DNA from: Bdellovibrionia bacterium
GTDB taxonomy: Bacteria; Bdellovibrionota; UBA1018
Direction: 5' to 3'
Assembly (NCBI GenBank): GCA_049424145.1
Contig: JBMSSC010000049.1
Location: 1-17,778 of the forward strand
Length of the DNA stretch: 17,778 nt
A program made the position numbers and the translations under genes. A model generated the notes under the pieces. It saw only the letters and a list, made by a program, of their open reading frames with translations. It was not told the DNA's origin and did not search any database. Within the stretch, counting starts at the first letter, position 1; each line of letters opens with the position of its first letter. Shown here piece after piece: positions 16,306 to 17,778 of the stretch.

Positions 16306-16311
16306 GCAGCC

Positions 16312-17778
16312 ATGCATCTTGCACCCCTCATTGAAGATCTAGCCATTATCTTAGCCATTGCAGGACTGATGAGCTTTATTTTTCAAAAAATCCACCAGCC
16401 CGTGGTCCTAGGCTACATCATTGCCGGCATCATCATTGGGCCCTATACCCCGCCTTTTAAACTCATCACAGACCTCTCCAGCATTCAAAGCTGGGCAGAG
16501 CTGGGCGTGATTTTCCTCATGTTTACTTTGGGTCTTGAATTTAGTTTTAGAAAACTCACCAAAGTCGGTGGATCGGCCATTGTCACAGTCCTTGCCGAAG
16601 CGCTTTGCCTTTTGCCCATGGGTTTTCTCTTGGGCAAAGCCTTAGGCTGGCAAACGATGGATTGCTTATTTTTAGGCGCCATGCTGTCCATCTCGTCAAC
16701 GACCATTATCATTAAGGCGTTAGAGGAATTGGACTTAAAGAAGCATCGTTTTGCGGAGCTGATCTTTGGTGTGCTGATTGTGGAGGATTTGTTTGCCATT
16801 TTACTGTTGGTGGCACTGGGAACGGTGGCAGCCACTCATCAGATCTCTCCCTTAGGTCTGCTGACAGCCGTACTGAAGCTCATTCTCGTCGTCAGCGGCT
16901 GGTTCATCACGGGTTACTTTTTAGTCCCCAAATTCATCACGTATGTGGGAAAGACCGCAACCGATGAGATGCTCACCCTCGTCTCCTTGGGACTGTGCTT
17001 GGCCATGGTGGTTTTTGCCAATTACTTTCACTACTCTTCAGCCCTAGGCGCCTTCATCATGGGCTCCATTCTGGCAGAGACTCCAGCCCTACCTCGAATT
17101 GAAAAAAACATGACCTCCTTGAGAAACCTCTTTGGAGCCATCTTTTTTGTCTCCATCGGGATGCTCATTGATCCCCAGACCCTCTGGGAGCATCAGGGAT
17201 CCATTGCTATCCTGTGCTGTGCGCTCATTGCAGGAAAAATCCTTATCGCCTCCATCGGTTCACTTCTGTCTGGACAAACCATCCGAAACTCCGTTCAGGT
17301 GGGCTTTGGACTGGCCCAAATTGGAGAGTTTAGCTTCATTATTGCCCAGCTCGGCATGAGCCTGAAGGTCACTAGCGAATTCCTCTATCCTGTAGCCGTA
17401 GCCGTCTCCTTGGTCACGACCTTTACGACACCCTACCTCATCCGGATCTCAGCCCAGGTGGCTCATCGGATCGAGGACCTCCTCCCCCTTCGAGTTCGGG
17501 ACGTTCTGAACCGCTACGCTGCTCAAGCCGAAGCCCGACGAGCTGGAGCTCGCGAGAAAACCGATACCCTCTCCTCGCTCATTCGCTGGTCTGTCAATGG
17601 GCTGACCATTTCAATTCTCTTCATTGTGGATTCGGAATTTCTTCTTCCGGCCCTAGGAAGAAGGAACCTGGTTCCAGCCCACCTACTCCCCTTTATCGGA
17701 TGGGCCACAGCCGTCATCATCTCCTCACCTTTTATCTGGGGCATGCTCTCGGCCTTTCGCCCTCAGGAATTTAAAACC
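16312..17778 (+). CDS. CPA2-family monovalent cation:proton antiporter (KefC/YbaL-like); 3'-partial
   Basis: Not in the ORF track because no stop occurs in the window. Manual translation: MHLAPLIEDLAIILAIAG...QPVVLGYIIAGIIIGP...WAELGVIFLMFTLGLEFS...LSISSTTIIIKALEE...GVLIVEDL...ALGAFIMGSILAET...FFVSIGMLID...GLAQIGEFSFIIA. Confidence 0.95.
   Translation, partial: MHLAPLIEDLAIILAIAGLMSFIFQKIHQPVVLGYIIAGIIIGPYTPPFKLITDLSSIQSWAELGVIFLMFTLGLEFSFRKLTKVGGSAIVTVLAEALCLLPMGFLLGKALGWQTMDCLFLGAMLSISSTTIIIKALEELDLKKHRFAELIFGVLIVEDLFAILLLVALGTVAATHQISPLGLLTAVLKLILVVSGWFITGYFLVPKFITYVGKTATDEMLTLVSLGLCLAMVVFANYFHYSSALGAFIMGSILAETPALPRIEKNMTSLRNLFGAIFFVSIGMLIDPQTLWEHQGSIAILCCALIAGKILIASIGSLLSGQTIRNSVQVGFGLAQIGEFSFIIAQLGMSLKVTSEFLYPVAVAVSLVTTFTTPYLIRISAQVAHRIEDLLPLRVRDVLNRYAAQAEARRAGAREKTDTLSSLIRWSVNGLTISILFIVDSEFLLPALGRRNLVPAHLLPFIGWATAVIISSPFIWGMLSAFRPQEFKT

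Noticed and set aside
16485..17744. Short ORFs 16485-16835 (-), 17132-17359 (+) and 17523-17744 (-)
   Set aside because: Shadows of the CPA2 antiporter reading frame starting at 16312.
1..17778. CRISPR array, tRNA/rRNA, transposase, integrase or phage genes
   Set aside because: No regularly spaced repeats, structural RNA signatures or recombinase motifs were found by eye.

Overview
Gene-dense bacterial window with no rRNA, tRNA, CRISPR array or recognisable mobile element. The secreted-protein content resembles Bdellovibrionota/Oligoflexia, but that is an unverified impression. Left to right: two tandem Rieske non-heme iron oxygenase genes (first 5'-truncated; second with a signal-peptide-like extension); a convergent secreted 10-Cys protein resembling stanniocalcin-like domains; a secreted beta-rich hypothetical; a five-gene overlap-coupled operon (4487-14991); a probable outer-membrane beta-barrel; an A-rich, probably low-quality stretch; and a 3'-truncated CPA2 antiporter absent from the ORF track. 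The operon encodes MetH, a core MetE-like (MesB-type) Zn methyltransferase, a GT2-SAM methyltransferase fusion, a GT87/pseudo-GT2/YdjC-deacetylase triple fusion and an ArnT/PMT-like GT-C. The most notable observation is that this MetH keeps its homocysteine/Zn, cobalamin and AdoMet domains but has lost the methyl-folate-binding signature residues, and overlaps a folate-independent-type core synthase gene. This suggests a folate-independent, corrinoid-relayed methyl-transfer pair linked to an envelope glycosylation/methylation pathway. All family assignments come from motif recognition, not database searches.
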